Of a stretch of DNA of 64,000 nt, positions 46,291 through 55,706 are shown in pieces. Position 1 is the stretch's first letter, and every line of letters starts with the position of its first letter. The translations under genes and the position numbers were made by a program. The notes under the pieces were generated by a model. The model was not told the DNA's origin. It did no database searches and saw only the letters and a list, made by a program, of their open reading frames with translations. The DNA is from Chitinophagales bacterium (GTDB taxonomy: Bacteria; Bacteroidota; Bacteroidia; Chitinophagales; LD1). The stretch covers positions 23,308 through 87,307 of the forward strand of contig JBGAVP010000014.1 in assembly GCA_044228065.1 (NCBI GenBank), read 5' to 3'.

Positions 46291-48681
46291 TTATAGAGTA
46301 TTGAATAGTTCCCGTACCTCAGAAACCGTTCCTACAGTTATAGATCCATCATTTCCTCCATTGCAATTTACATTGGTATGATTAATGGTACTGATAGAAG
46401 GTCCATTGGCATCAAATATGGTAACATTTGTAGTTGAAAAACAACCTGTATTATCTTTTGCTGTTATCACATAAGTGTTTGCTGTCAATCCTGAAAAAGA
46501 ACCTACACCAAAAGCGCCTCCATTTAAACTATAAGTATATCCTGCTCCTGAACCGCCAGATGCTGTTACTAAAATTCCTCCATTACTATTTCCACAGGTA
46601 GAGTTTGTAGGAGTAGCTACAGGAACTACCGGAGTTGGTTGAGCAACTGTTCCAGTCAATGTATAAACACAACCATTAGCATCATTTACTACTAAAGAGT
46701 AAGTACCTGCTGCCAAATTGCTAAATGTGTTTGAACTTTGGAAATAAGTATCATCTCCTATTCCATAAACATACTCTGGAGTTCCTCCAGTTGCAAATAC
46801 TCTAAGTGAACCATTTTGATAACCATAGCACCCAGTACTTGTAGGTGATACTGTAGCAGTTAAAGCAGTAGGTTGAGAAACTAAAACCGAAGTTGATTTT
46901 ACGCATCCAGATACATCTTTTGCATAAACAGTATATGTACTTGCTGGCAAACCAGAAAAATTCTTTCCAGATTGATAATTAATTCCATCAATACTGTATG
47001 AAAAAGATCCAGTACCACCAGAAGTTGAAGTAACATTTATTTGACCATCACCACTCTCAAAACAAGTTAATGGAACTGAAGATACTGTAAGGGTAATTGC
47101 CTCCGGCTGATTAATGGTTACCACTTTTACATCAGTACATCCAGCAGCATCTTTAACTATTTCGAAATAGTTACCTGCAGTTACATTTGAAAAATTACCA
47201 CTTGATTGGAATGTAGTTCCACCATCTATACTATATTTAATAGCACCTGTTCCACCCAATGAAGAAAGAGAAATAGTACCATCATTACCTCCAAAACAAC
47301 TTACATTCGTAGAGTTCAACACACTAAATGCAGGTCCTCCAAAATTTTTAATTCCTGCAATAGCTGAATTCGTACATCCATTTGCATCTTTTGCCGTAAT
47401 AGTGTATGGTCCAGCAGCTAAAGAATCAAATTTTCCAGAAGATTGAAAACTACCAAAATTTAATCTGTATTGAATAGGGGATACACCACCTGTGGTAGCT
47501 ACTAAAATTCCACCATCACTCTTTCCACAACTTGCGTTGGTAGTAGAAATAGATGAAAATACAATAGCCGCAGGCTGAGTAATAGTAAAGCTTGTACTAG
47601 CAACACAACCTAAAGAATCTTTAACATACAACGTATAATCTTTTGCTGTTAATCCAGTAAATGAATTTCCATTCTGATAGGTATCATCACTGATGCGATA
47701 TGTAAATGGTTTAGCTCCTCCTGCTTTTGCAGCTATTACACTTCCATTACTTCCTCCATTACATGAAACATTTACAATAGAAGTAGCACTAGCTGTAAGT
47801 CCTACTGAAATCGTTTTGGTATATGTTTTAATGCAATCTACATCCCATCCATCTATTGTAGTAGTAAGAGTTACATTATAAGCTCCTGCAGTAGCAAATA
47901 CATGAGAAGGATTTGGAAGATGTGAAACCGGTGAACCGTCTCCAAAATCCCAAGAATATAAAAACTTACCTCCAGTATAACCAGCAGCAGTAATGGTGTT
48001 AAACATTGGATCTGTAGTCATTTCTGTGTTGTTTATAAATCCTACATTCGTTCCTGTACTTATACAAGAAGGTGCTGAAAACAATGGAGTATTAAAGTTT
48101 GTCATTCTAGGATAGATGTATAAATCTCCATCCTTTACAAATGCATCTTTAGCACTTGCCCAATTGCCTCCTGTAGATGTTCCAGCAAGTGATGCTAAAT
48201 CTTCTCCATTTCCTTCTCCGTTTCCTGTGTATTGAACCAAGAAACTATGACCCGCACCAGGGTAGTTAAGTATCTCAACAACTATAGCAAAGTTTGAACT
48301 TACAGATACAGCTGGAGAAAAACTTACATCAAAAAATGCAGCACTCCAAGGATAAAACCCTTGTATAGGAGCCGTTCTAAGTGCACTCCCTTTAGGTCTC
48401 CCATTTGCATCTACATTGTAAACACTTACTTGTAATGCCACACCTAAAAATCCAGGTACGGTTCCATAGACTCTAGCTCCACTTACTAATCCAGGGCCAG
48501 AATAATGATAAGTTTGAGCAGCTTTTTCTTCTGCTCCAATTGAAATGGTATAAGCGCCTGTGCCGCCTACATTCTTTGAGTTAACGTAAGCAACTCGATC
48601 ATCTGAACAAGTCGTTTGCGCCTGCAAACTCGAAAGAAAAAGAAATACTCCCGCAGTAATTAAGGAAATCGTTCGTTTCAT
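46291..48681 (-). CDS. N-terminal fragment of the SprB-repeat protein: signal peptide, N-terminal domain, PKD domain, about 6 SprB repeats
   Basis: PKD motif YSWDFGDGSPVSHLPNPSHVFATAGAYNVTLT. Repeated C.G..NG.I......GG....Y......F......L.AG.Y...V.D..GC. Confidence 0.85.
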   Translation of the reverse strand: MKRTISLITAGVFLFLSSLQAQTTCSDDRVAYVNSKNVGGTGAYTISIGAEEKAAQTYHYSGPGLVSGARVYGTVPGFLGVALQVSVYNVDANGRPKGSALRTAPIQGFYPWSAAFFDVSFSPAVSVSSNFAIVVEILNYPGAGHSFLVQYTGNGEGNGEDLASLAGTSTGGNWASAKDAFVKDGDLYIYPRMTNFNTPLFSAPSCISTGTNVGFINNTEMTTDPMFNTITAAGYTGGKFLYSWDFGDGSPVSHLPNPSHVFATAGAYNVTLTTTIDGWDVDCIKTYTKTISVGLTASATSIVNVSCNGGSNGSVIAAKAGGAKPFTYRISDDTYQNGNSFTGLTAKDYTLYVKDSLGCVASTSFTITQPAAIVFSSISTTNASCGKSDGGILVATTGGVSPIQYRLNFGSFQSSGKFDSLAAGPYTITAKDANGCTNSAIAGIKNFGGPAFSVLNSTNVSCFGGNDGTISLSSLGGTGAIKYSIDGGTTFQSSGNFSNVTAGNYFEIVKDAAGCTDVKVVTINQPEAITLTVSSVPLTCFESGDGQINVTSTSGGTGSFSYSIDGINYQSGKNFSGLPASTYTVYAKDVSGCVKSTSVLVSQPTALTATVSPTSTGCYGYQNGSLRVFATGGTPEYVYGIGDDTYFQSSNTFSNLAAGTYSLVVNDANGCVYTLTGTVAQPTPVVPVATPTNSTCGNSNGGILVTASGGSGAGYTYSLNGGAFGVGSFSGLTANTYVITAKDNTGCFSTTNVTIFDANGPSISTINHTNVNCNGGNDGSITVGTVSEVRELFNTL

Positions 48682-48987
48682 GGTTTTTGTTTTTAAAAGG
48701 TTAATTTATCGGGGGCAAAGTTGAGGGTACAACAGCAAGATGCTTTATACAATTTTCAGAAAGAGTTGTACAATTTCTACTTTCTAAAGAATACTATTCT
48801 CTTTACCCTAGAGAATACGTTCCTTCTATTCTTAAATGAAAAGGGGGAAATACAAAAACATCTCACTTTGCTACAAAACGATTATGTAGCATCAGTTATG
48901 CTTATAAAATTTAAATACAAATAATTAGAAAAGGGCAGAATAAAGCTGTAGAAAGGATTCTACTAGCATTGTAATCTTTCGAATAAA

Positions 48988-49419
48988 TTACATTCTATCC
49001 ATATACCATTTTAACTCTTTCTTCGTTTTTTGAGAAGCTAAAATATCGGCAATTATTTTTTGTAAACGTAAAAATGCTGTTTCACTTTTTACCACATAAT
49101 CATGGGCATTATGATGCATACAATTGATAGCAACGTCAATTTTATCTTGAGCCGATAAAATCACAACAGATATAGAGGAATCAAACGATTTAATTCTATC
49201 CAAAGTCTCTATCCCATTCATAGCATTTTTGTCAGTTCCATCTAAGTGATAATCTAATATAACAATTGAAGGATGATGAGATAAATTAGCTAAACAAAGC
49301 TCACCAGATAAAAAAGTTTCTACCTCATAATTACCCTGTAGTTGAAAATCTATTTCTAATGATTTTAAAAAAAGGGCGTCATCATCTACCAAGAAAATTT
49401 TAATTTTTTGGTTGTCCAT
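48988..49419 (-). CDS. stand-alone response regulator receiver (CheY-like)
   Basis: KIFLVDDDALFLKSL, VILDYHLDG, VVILSAQ. 143 aa with no output domain. Its start overlaps the kinase stop by 20 nt. Confidence 0.88.
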   Translation of the reverse strand: MDNQKIKIFLVDDDALFLKSLEIDFQLQGNYEVETFLSGELCLANLSHHPSIVILDYHLDGTDKNAMNGIETLDRIKSFDSSISVVILSAQDKIDVAINCMHHNAHDYVVKSETAFLRLQKIIADILASQKTKKELKWYMDRM

Positions 49420-52400
49420 TGGTACTATTTTTTAATTTATTAAATTCTTCTTCTAATTCCTTACATGCTTTATTGCAAACACTTTCAAGCTGCAAGGCTA
49501 AGTCTAATATTCCTTCTGTTTGCTTTTGAGTTCTAGCGAATTCTTGAATTTTCTTAGCGATATTTTCATAGTCTGTGTGAAGTCCTACAATAGCAAAAGA
49601 AGGAATCATTTTATGAGTAGTAGCGTATAAAGTATCCCAATCTTTATTAAGCATACTTTGCTTTAAAGTACTTATTAAAATAGGTGTCTGCTCCAAATAT
49701 ATGGCAATCATTTCCATCATTAATTTAGGATTTGATTTTGTCCTTTTTTCTAAAGAGTTTAGGTTTATGTATTTCATTTTACCTTCCTCCTTTCTTATTA
49801 TTTCTTCCGAATCGCTTTCAGGCAAAGGTTTCTGTAATTGCTCTAAAATTTTTCGATACAATATCTTATCATCTACTGGTTTAGAGATATAATCATTCAT
49901 ACCTACCGCCATGCATTTTTCCATGTCTACTTTGGTGACATCTGCTGTAAGGGCAATAATAGGAATGGTAGATTTCAGTGTTTTTCGAATGTTTTCAGTT
50001 GCTTCAAACCCATTCATTTCTGGCATTAATAAATCCATTAAAATCAAATCGTAAGTTTGCTTACTCATTTTTTCAATAGCTACTTTTCCATTGTCTGCAA
50101 TATCCCATTCAAAACCAAAATCATCTAAAAGTGTTTTCATCAACAACTGATTAAGTATTACATCTTCTACTACTAAAATCTTTATGCTTTTTTGCTCATA
50201 AACTTGTTCCAATATCTCGTTATCAGAGATTGCTTTTTCAGTAGTTTTTTGAAAACTTAAAATAAAACTAAAAGTAGAGCCTTCGTTTACCTTGCTCGTT
50301 AATTGTAAACTTCCACCCTGCAATTCCACCAATTTCTTTACAATAGCAAGACCTAAACCAGTTCCACCATACAATCTAGAGGTACTAACCGATGCCTGTT
50401 GGAAATTTTCAAAGATCCGTTCAAATTTATTCTCATGGATTCCAATTCCAGTATCTGAAATCGAAATTTTAATAGTTGCCTTTTCAACGTCTTCACTCAC
50501 TAAATTTACACCCACTGTTATATTCCCTTTAGAAGTAAACTTTACTGCATTACTTAACAGATTAATAATAATCTGGTGTAAACGTATAGGATCACCTAAT
50601 AATACTTCAGGAATATTGCTGTCATAATCTTTTACAATCTTTAAATTCTTTTCCTGAATTTTTGGTTCAAACAATTGAATCATCGTAGATATAGAAGATT
50701 CCAATTTAAATGGAATTTGTTCAAAGGTCATTTTGCCAGATTCTATTTTGGCTAAATCCAAAACATCATTCACAAGTACAATTAAAGTATCACCACTCGT
50801 TTTTATAGAATTCAAATACTCTTTTTGTTTGGTAGATAAATCAGTTTTTAGCATCACTTTAGTAAATCCGATTATGGCATTTAGTGGAGTCCGAATCTCA
50901 TGACTCATATTCGACAAAAATTGCTGTTTTGCTTTAGCAGAATTCTCTGCATTACTTTTCTCTATCTCTGCATTTTTCTTAGCTATTTCAGCCAATGTAT
51001 TTGCTGCTAACAATTCTGCTTCTATTCTTTTAAAATTTGTTACATCTCTGGCGATAGCATATATTTTCCCAGAATCAGGGTAGTAATTTGCTTTCCAATC
51101 AAACCAAAGATAGCTGCCATCCTTTTTGCGATACCTATTTAGAAAACTGATAATTGCTCGATTCTCCTTTAAATTTTTAATTTCTCTACGGGTCGCTTCT
51201 ATATCATCAGGATGCACAAAAGTTAGAAATTCGTTTTGGAGTAATTCGCTGTTGTTATAGCCAAGTTCATTAATAAAGGTATTGTTTACTTGTTCAAAGT
51301 AGCCCTTCATATTAGCCACACAAACAAAGTCAGTCACTTCATTAAAAAAATGTTTGTAGTCTAATAAGTTATTTTCTATCTTCTTTTGTTCTGTATTATC
51401 TCGTATAGAAGCTGTAACTAATATGCCCTCACTAGTTACAAATTGAGAGAGATTAATTACAACAGGAAACTCTTTGCCATCTTTAGTTAATCCTAATAAA
51501 TTTAAGCCATGTTTACCCATAGGTCGTGTCTCATTTTTATCCATAAAATTTTCACGATGGCTTGGATGTATCCTTTTAAAGCGTGCAGGAATTAGCAATT
51601 CTACTTCTTTACCTATTAATTCTTCTTTTGTGTAACCAAAAAGCTTTATTGTCTCAGTGTTTACGATTAATATTTTCCCTTCTTTATTAGCTATTACAAT
51701 AGCATCAGGAATGGTTTCCAGAAAATTTGAAAATCTACTTTCAGCTTCCTTTATTTCTGTAAGATTTTTTACCACCACCACAGCACCCAATACATTCCCA
51801 TCATCGTCTTTATAAGCACTTCCATTAAACAATACATCGGTCAATTTTTGATGCTTGATTGTGAGTGGATAGTCTAATACAGATCCTTTAGTAATTATAT
51901 CTTTATGTATTTCTTTTACTTTAGAAGGTTCTGTAAAAAAGTCAAAGAAATCTAACCCTAAATGGTTATCTCTATCAATACCAATTAAGTCAGTCATTGC
52001 CTTATTTACATCTACTATTCTTCCCTGTATATCTGTTACAATCAACGGATCTAAGCTGGCTTCTACTAAACTTCTTTCAAACTGACTCTTGGGAATTTCA
52101 GACTCATTAGAAGTAGAAAACTCTTGCCATTTCGAATTTCCTATTTCCTCAATAGCAATGCGTCTTTTATCTTTAAATTGTTTGAAATGTGAGGGAGAAA
52201 AACCTGTTACTTTATTAAATTGCTTAGACAAATGCGCCACACTGCTGTAATTCATTTTCCATGCTATTTCCGAAATATTCAAATCGCCATAAATCAGCAA
52301 TTCTTTTATTCGCTCTACCTTATGAGAAATAATAAAATGCTCGATTGTAATACCTTCCACTTCTGAAAATAGATTCGCTAAATATTTATAATCGTGATGT

Positions 52401-52723
52401 AGTTTCTCACTTAGATAATCTGAAAAATTAGATTTAATAACCTCCTCTGAGTAGTGCACCATCTCAATAATGACACTCTTTATTTTTTCAATCAAAATTA
52501 CTTTCTTATCATCTATCAATTCAAGCCCTATTTCTTGCAAGGCAATACCTAATTGTTTTCGTTGCCCTGAAGTTAAATTTTCCATTATATCAACTTCTCC
52601 CAAGCCCACAACAATAAAATGCAAGCCCATTTTCTGGAGCACTTCTTTCACCATCATTTTACAGCGAATAGAAACCATGTACTTAATATAAACTTTCATG
52701 CAGTGTTTATTATTTAAAGTCAA
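49400..52723 (-). CDS. AraC-type HTH / triple PAS / hybrid histidine kinase / receiver / HPt fusion protein
   Basis: N-terminal ~190 aa AraC-like (…ISEIAWKMNYSSVAHLSKQFNKVTGFSPSHFKQ). HisKA SHEIRTPLN. HATPase DTGIGI and GGTGLGLAIV. REC LILMDLLMPEMNG. HPt HKMIPSFAIVG. The probable start is the ATG at 52699. Confidence 0.88.
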   Translation of the reverse strand: MTLNNKHCMKVYIKYMVSIRCKMMVKEVLQKMGLHFIVVGLGEVDIMENLTSGQRKQLGIALQEIGLELIDDKKVILIEKIKSVIIEMVHYSEEVIKSNFSDYLSEKLHHDYKYLANLFSEVEGITIEHFIISHKVERIKELLIYGDLNISEIAWKMNYSSVAHLSKQFNKVTGFSPSHFKQFKDKRRIAIEEIGNSKWQEFSTSNESEIPKSQFERSLVEASLDPLIVTDIQGRIVDVNKAMTDLIGIDRDNHLGLDFFDFFTEPSKVKEIHKDIITKGSVLDYPLTIKHQKLTDVLFNGSAYKDDDGNVLGAVVVVKNLTEIKEAESRFSNFLETIPDAIVIANKEGKILIVNTETIKLFGYTKEELIGKEVELLIPARFKRIHPSHRENFMDKNETRPMGKHGLNLLGLTKDGKEFPVVINLSQFVTSEGILVTASIRDNTEQKKIENNLLDYKHFFNEVTDFVCVANMKGYFEQVNNTFINELGYNNSELLQNEFLTFVHPDDIEATRREIKNLKENRAIISFLNRYRKKDGSYLWFDWKANYYPDSGKIYAIARDVTNFKRIEAELLAANTLAEIAKKNAEIEKSNAENSAKAKQQFLSNMSHEIRTPLNAIIGFTKVMLKTDLSTKQKEYLNSIKTSGDTLIVLVNDVLDLAKIESGKMTFEQIPFKLESSISTMIQLFEPKIQEKNLKIVKDYDSNIPEVLLGDPIRLHQIIINLLSNAVKFTSKGNITVGVNLVSEDVEKATIKISISDTGIGIHENKFERIFENFQQASVSTSRLYGGTGLGLAIVKKLVELQGGSLQLTSKVNEGSTFSFILSFQKTTEKAISDNEILEQVYEQKSIKILVVEDVILNQLLMKTLLDDFGFEWDIADNGKVAIEKMSKQTYDLILMDLLMPEMNGFEATENIRKTLKSTIPIIALTADVTKVDMEKCMAVGMNDYISKPVDDKILYRKILEQLQKPLPESDSEEIIRKEEGKMKYINLNSLEKRTKSNPKLMMEMIAIYLEQTPILISTLKQSMLNKDWDTLYATTHKMIPSFAIVGLHTDYENIAKKIQEFARTQKQTEGILDLALQLESVCNKACKELEEEFNKLKNSTNGQPKN

Positions 52724-52982
52724 CTAATGCTCCAAACTTTCTCCCCGAAAGTTAGCTTTTCAATGCTATAAGGGAACATGATTTGTGTCATCTGTGTTTA
52801 TGATTCTTTACCCTACAAAAATATTTTTTTGAATTAGTCAACCAACTAAGTTCAAGGCTACTAAAAAAAAATAAAGAAGAAAAATAAGGTACGAATGATA
52901 TAAACTTTTATACTAATTGTATAACACTTATTGCATTCCTCATTAGAGATTTGCGTTATCAATTTAACTAAAAAATAAAACT

Positions 52983-53657
52983 ATGAAAAAGCTCCTCTCC
53001 TTCGCCATTGTTGTTGTTTTACTTACGTCTATTTTTTCCTGCAAAAAAGATACTCCTCCTGCAGAAGGGCCTAATGATTTACGAGGTGAAACCAATATTC
53101 CCTTAACTGCTGTGGGTAGTGTTTCAGATTTGTATGTAAACTTAAACGGAACAAACATCTCAGGCACTATGACTTTGACTGCCAAGACAGGAGGAATTTG
53201 TACCTATCATGCTCTAATTGATTTTACAGGGCACCCGGATTCTGCTATTTATCGTTCTTTGATACCCAGCAGCTATTTTGATGCACAAGGGCGTTTTAAT
53301 TATGATATAAAAATGAATATTACCGATCAGGGAATTCAAGAATATTCTTATGATGGAAGTATCAATAATCCTTGGACAGTGGTTAAATACGCTGATGGAG
53401 TGGGAGCTGCTTATCCCTTCAGAGCTGGCAGTCCAAATATTCGTACGGTTACAGTTAAAACTGGCGTAGATGATTTTCCATTAGGTTACTACTTGATAAA
53501 AGTATCTAAGGTAGAACAACCCTATCCTGCCGATGACCAGTACATCAAAAAAATCTCTTATTACGCCAATCACAAATTTGGACTAGTTCGGGTAGAAGTA
53601 TTGCTTAAAAACGGTCAGGTAGCTAAGTGTGATATAGTGCCTTGGTTTTTGTTGTAA
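52983..53657 (+). CDS. lipoprotein, unknown function
   Basis: Signal peptide with lipobox SIFSC. 224 aa. No motif recognised. Confidence 0.6.
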   Translation: MKKLLSFAIVVVLLTSIFSCKKDTPPAEGPNDLRGETNIPLTAVGSVSDLYVNLNGTNISGTMTLTAKTGGICTYHALIDFTGHPDSAIYRSLIPSSYFDAQGRFNYDIKMNITDQGIQEYSYDGSINNPWTVVKYADGVGAAYPFRAGSPNIRTVTVKTGVDDFPLGYYLIKVSKVEQPYPADDQYIKKISYYANHKFGLVRVEVLLKNGQVAKCDIVPWFLL

Positions 53658-53742
53658 GCAGCTTGCTTCTCATAAAGCTTTTCGTAAATCTTGAAGTCAC
53701 TCAGCCTAAATCGCAATAACTAAATAATTAAAACCAAAAATC

Positions 53743-55686
53743 ATGAAAAAGACAATTATAGCATTCAGTTTTTTGTTTGTGGTGTTTTCTTTAATTACAA
53801 TTATTAGTTCTTGTAAGAAAGAAAAAAACAATCCACCTATTTCTTTTGAACCAACGCTGAGAGCTTTTGATGCTTCCTTAACACCTTACAAAATAGGATT
53901 GATTATAGGAGTAAACATGAAATTTACGCAAACAGACTATAATGCAGAATTTGGAGGAAGTTCATTGGTGTTAAAAACATTGAATGATACCACTCTAAAT
54001 TTTACAACACCTGACTTAACTCCTGGTTCTTATAAGATGGTCGTGAGTATTAATAACAAATTATTTACTCTTGAATATTTAGTGGTTGCTGGTAAATCAA
54101 TAACCGATCCTGTACAATATGTAACTACCATTCTCGATGAGTTTACGGCTACAAAGGATTTATTAAATGAGAGAATAGATACAATGGCTGCCCGAGGCTT
54201 GATAAATAGTGCTTCAGAGAAAAACATTTTAAATACTATTAATGATAGTTTAAACTATTACAACCAGCAATTTCAACTTTTATCGACACAAGACCAAGCA
54301 AAAGCCGCCTCTCTTATAGCTGCTAACACATCAGATTTGGATGTAATTATGGCTGATTTAGGACCTTTAACAGATGATATATCGGGTCAATCATTTTATA
54401 AAAAAAATGGGGCTTGCGATATTAATGAGCGCTCTGGTAGAATGAATTGCTTAATGGTGCAATACAACAGAATAGCCAACATCAACGCTAACATTGATAA
54501 ATTGAACAGCATTTTAGGAATCTTACTTTTACCTATCTCGGGTTGGGAAAAGACTGCATTAAAAATTCTAACTTACAATTATTCAAAAGTAGATGATCAA
54601 TATTATTTAGTTGGTTTTGAATTGGCTTCAAGACCGTATCACCCTATTAGCATTAGTTTAAACAACGCTCCTACTAGCTTTAATAACTATCAGTCAAAAA
54701 GTATAGGGATAAATTTAATAGTGAGGAATGTAAAAGAAACACCAGATGCCAATGACAAATATTGGGAAAAAGATTTCTCTAAAAATTTTAATAAACTAAT
54801 TAAAGACTGGAATTCTACTGCATGGAGTTTGTTTACGAACAATCCGCGTAAATTTCCAATTCTTATACAACCTCAATTATTACCTGAAAATACCGATGTA
54901 GTATTAGACATAAATAATACCAATTCAAATGTAACAAGTTCATCGGTATTAGGTACTCCACAAAATATGTCTATACTATTTGGAACCACACAATCAACTT
55001 CTCAAAATTTCACTTATACCATAAAATATGATGATGCTATTTTTAGTTTAGAAACAAACCCTGTTAATGCCAGTGTTATAGTAAGTGGGACCACTCCCCC
55101 TGTTACAGATATTGACGGCAATACATATAACACGGTACAAATAGGCTCACAAATTTGGATGAAAGAAAACCTTAAAACAACTAGGTACAGAAATGGAGCA
55201 GCAATAACAACTGGATTAAATAATTATGTATGGCAAAATCCAAATGAAGCTTATGCTGTTTATGATAGCAATTACGCAAATAATACAATTTATGGGAAGT
55301 TATATAACTGGCATGCTGTAACTGATTCGAGAAATCTATGCCCAACTGGCTGGCATATACCGAGCAATAATGAATGGACAACTCTAATTGATACTTTAGG
55401 AGGGGCTAGTGTAGCAGGAGGAAAAATGAAAAGCCAAGGCACACAATATTGGAATACTCCAAACCAAGATGCTACAAATGAAAGTGGATTCACTGCTTTA
55501 CCTGGAGGGGCTCGTTTTGAAGATGGAACATACTCAAGCATCAAAGGACAAGCATACTTTTGGTCTTCAACTGCTATAGATGTTACTAATGCAAAATTTT
55601 ATGGCATGGAGTCTTTAAGTGGAACTATAAGTAGCTATGATGGAATGAAAATTAGAGGGCAATCTGTGCGTTGTATTAAAGATTAA
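53743..55686 (+). CDS. lipoprotein with a C-terminal Fibrobacter succinogenes major paralogous (FISUMP) domain
   Basis: Lipobox ISSC. C-terminus DIDGNTYNTVQIGSQIWMKENL...YGKLYNWHAV...CPTGWHIPSNNEW...GFTALPGG...YFWSST...VRCIKD. Confidence 0.8.
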   Translation: MKKTIIAFSFLFVVFSLITIISSCKKEKNNPPISFEPTLRAFDASLTPYKIGLIIGVNMKFTQTDYNAEFGGSSLVLKTLNDTTLNFTTPDLTPGSYKMVVSINNKLFTLEYLVVAGKSITDPVQYVTTILDEFTATKDLLNERIDTMAARGLINSASEKNILNTINDSLNYYNQQFQLLSTQDQAKAASLIAANTSDLDVIMADLGPLTDDISGQSFYKKNGACDINERSGRMNCLMVQYNRIANINANIDKLNSILGILLLPISGWEKTALKILTYNYSKVDDQYYLVGFELASRPYHPISISLNNAPTSFNNYQSKSIGINLIVRNVKETPDANDKYWEKDFSKNFNKLIKDWNSTAWSLFTNNPRKFPILIQPQLLPENTDVVLDINNTNSNVTSSSVLGTPQNMSILFGTTQSTSQNFTYTIKYDDAIFSLETNPVNASVIVSGTTPPVTDIDGNTYNTVQIGSQIWMKENLKTTRYRNGAAITTGLNNYVWQNPNEAYAVYDSNYANNTIYGKLYNWHAVTDSRNLCPTGWHIPSNNEWTTLIDTLGGASVAGGKMKSQGTQYWNTPNQDATNESGFTALPGGARFEDGTYSSIKGQAYFWSSTAIDVTNAKFYGMESLSGTISSYDGMKIRGQSVRCIKD

Positions 55687-55706
55687 GTTAAGGTCGAATC
55701 AAAAAG

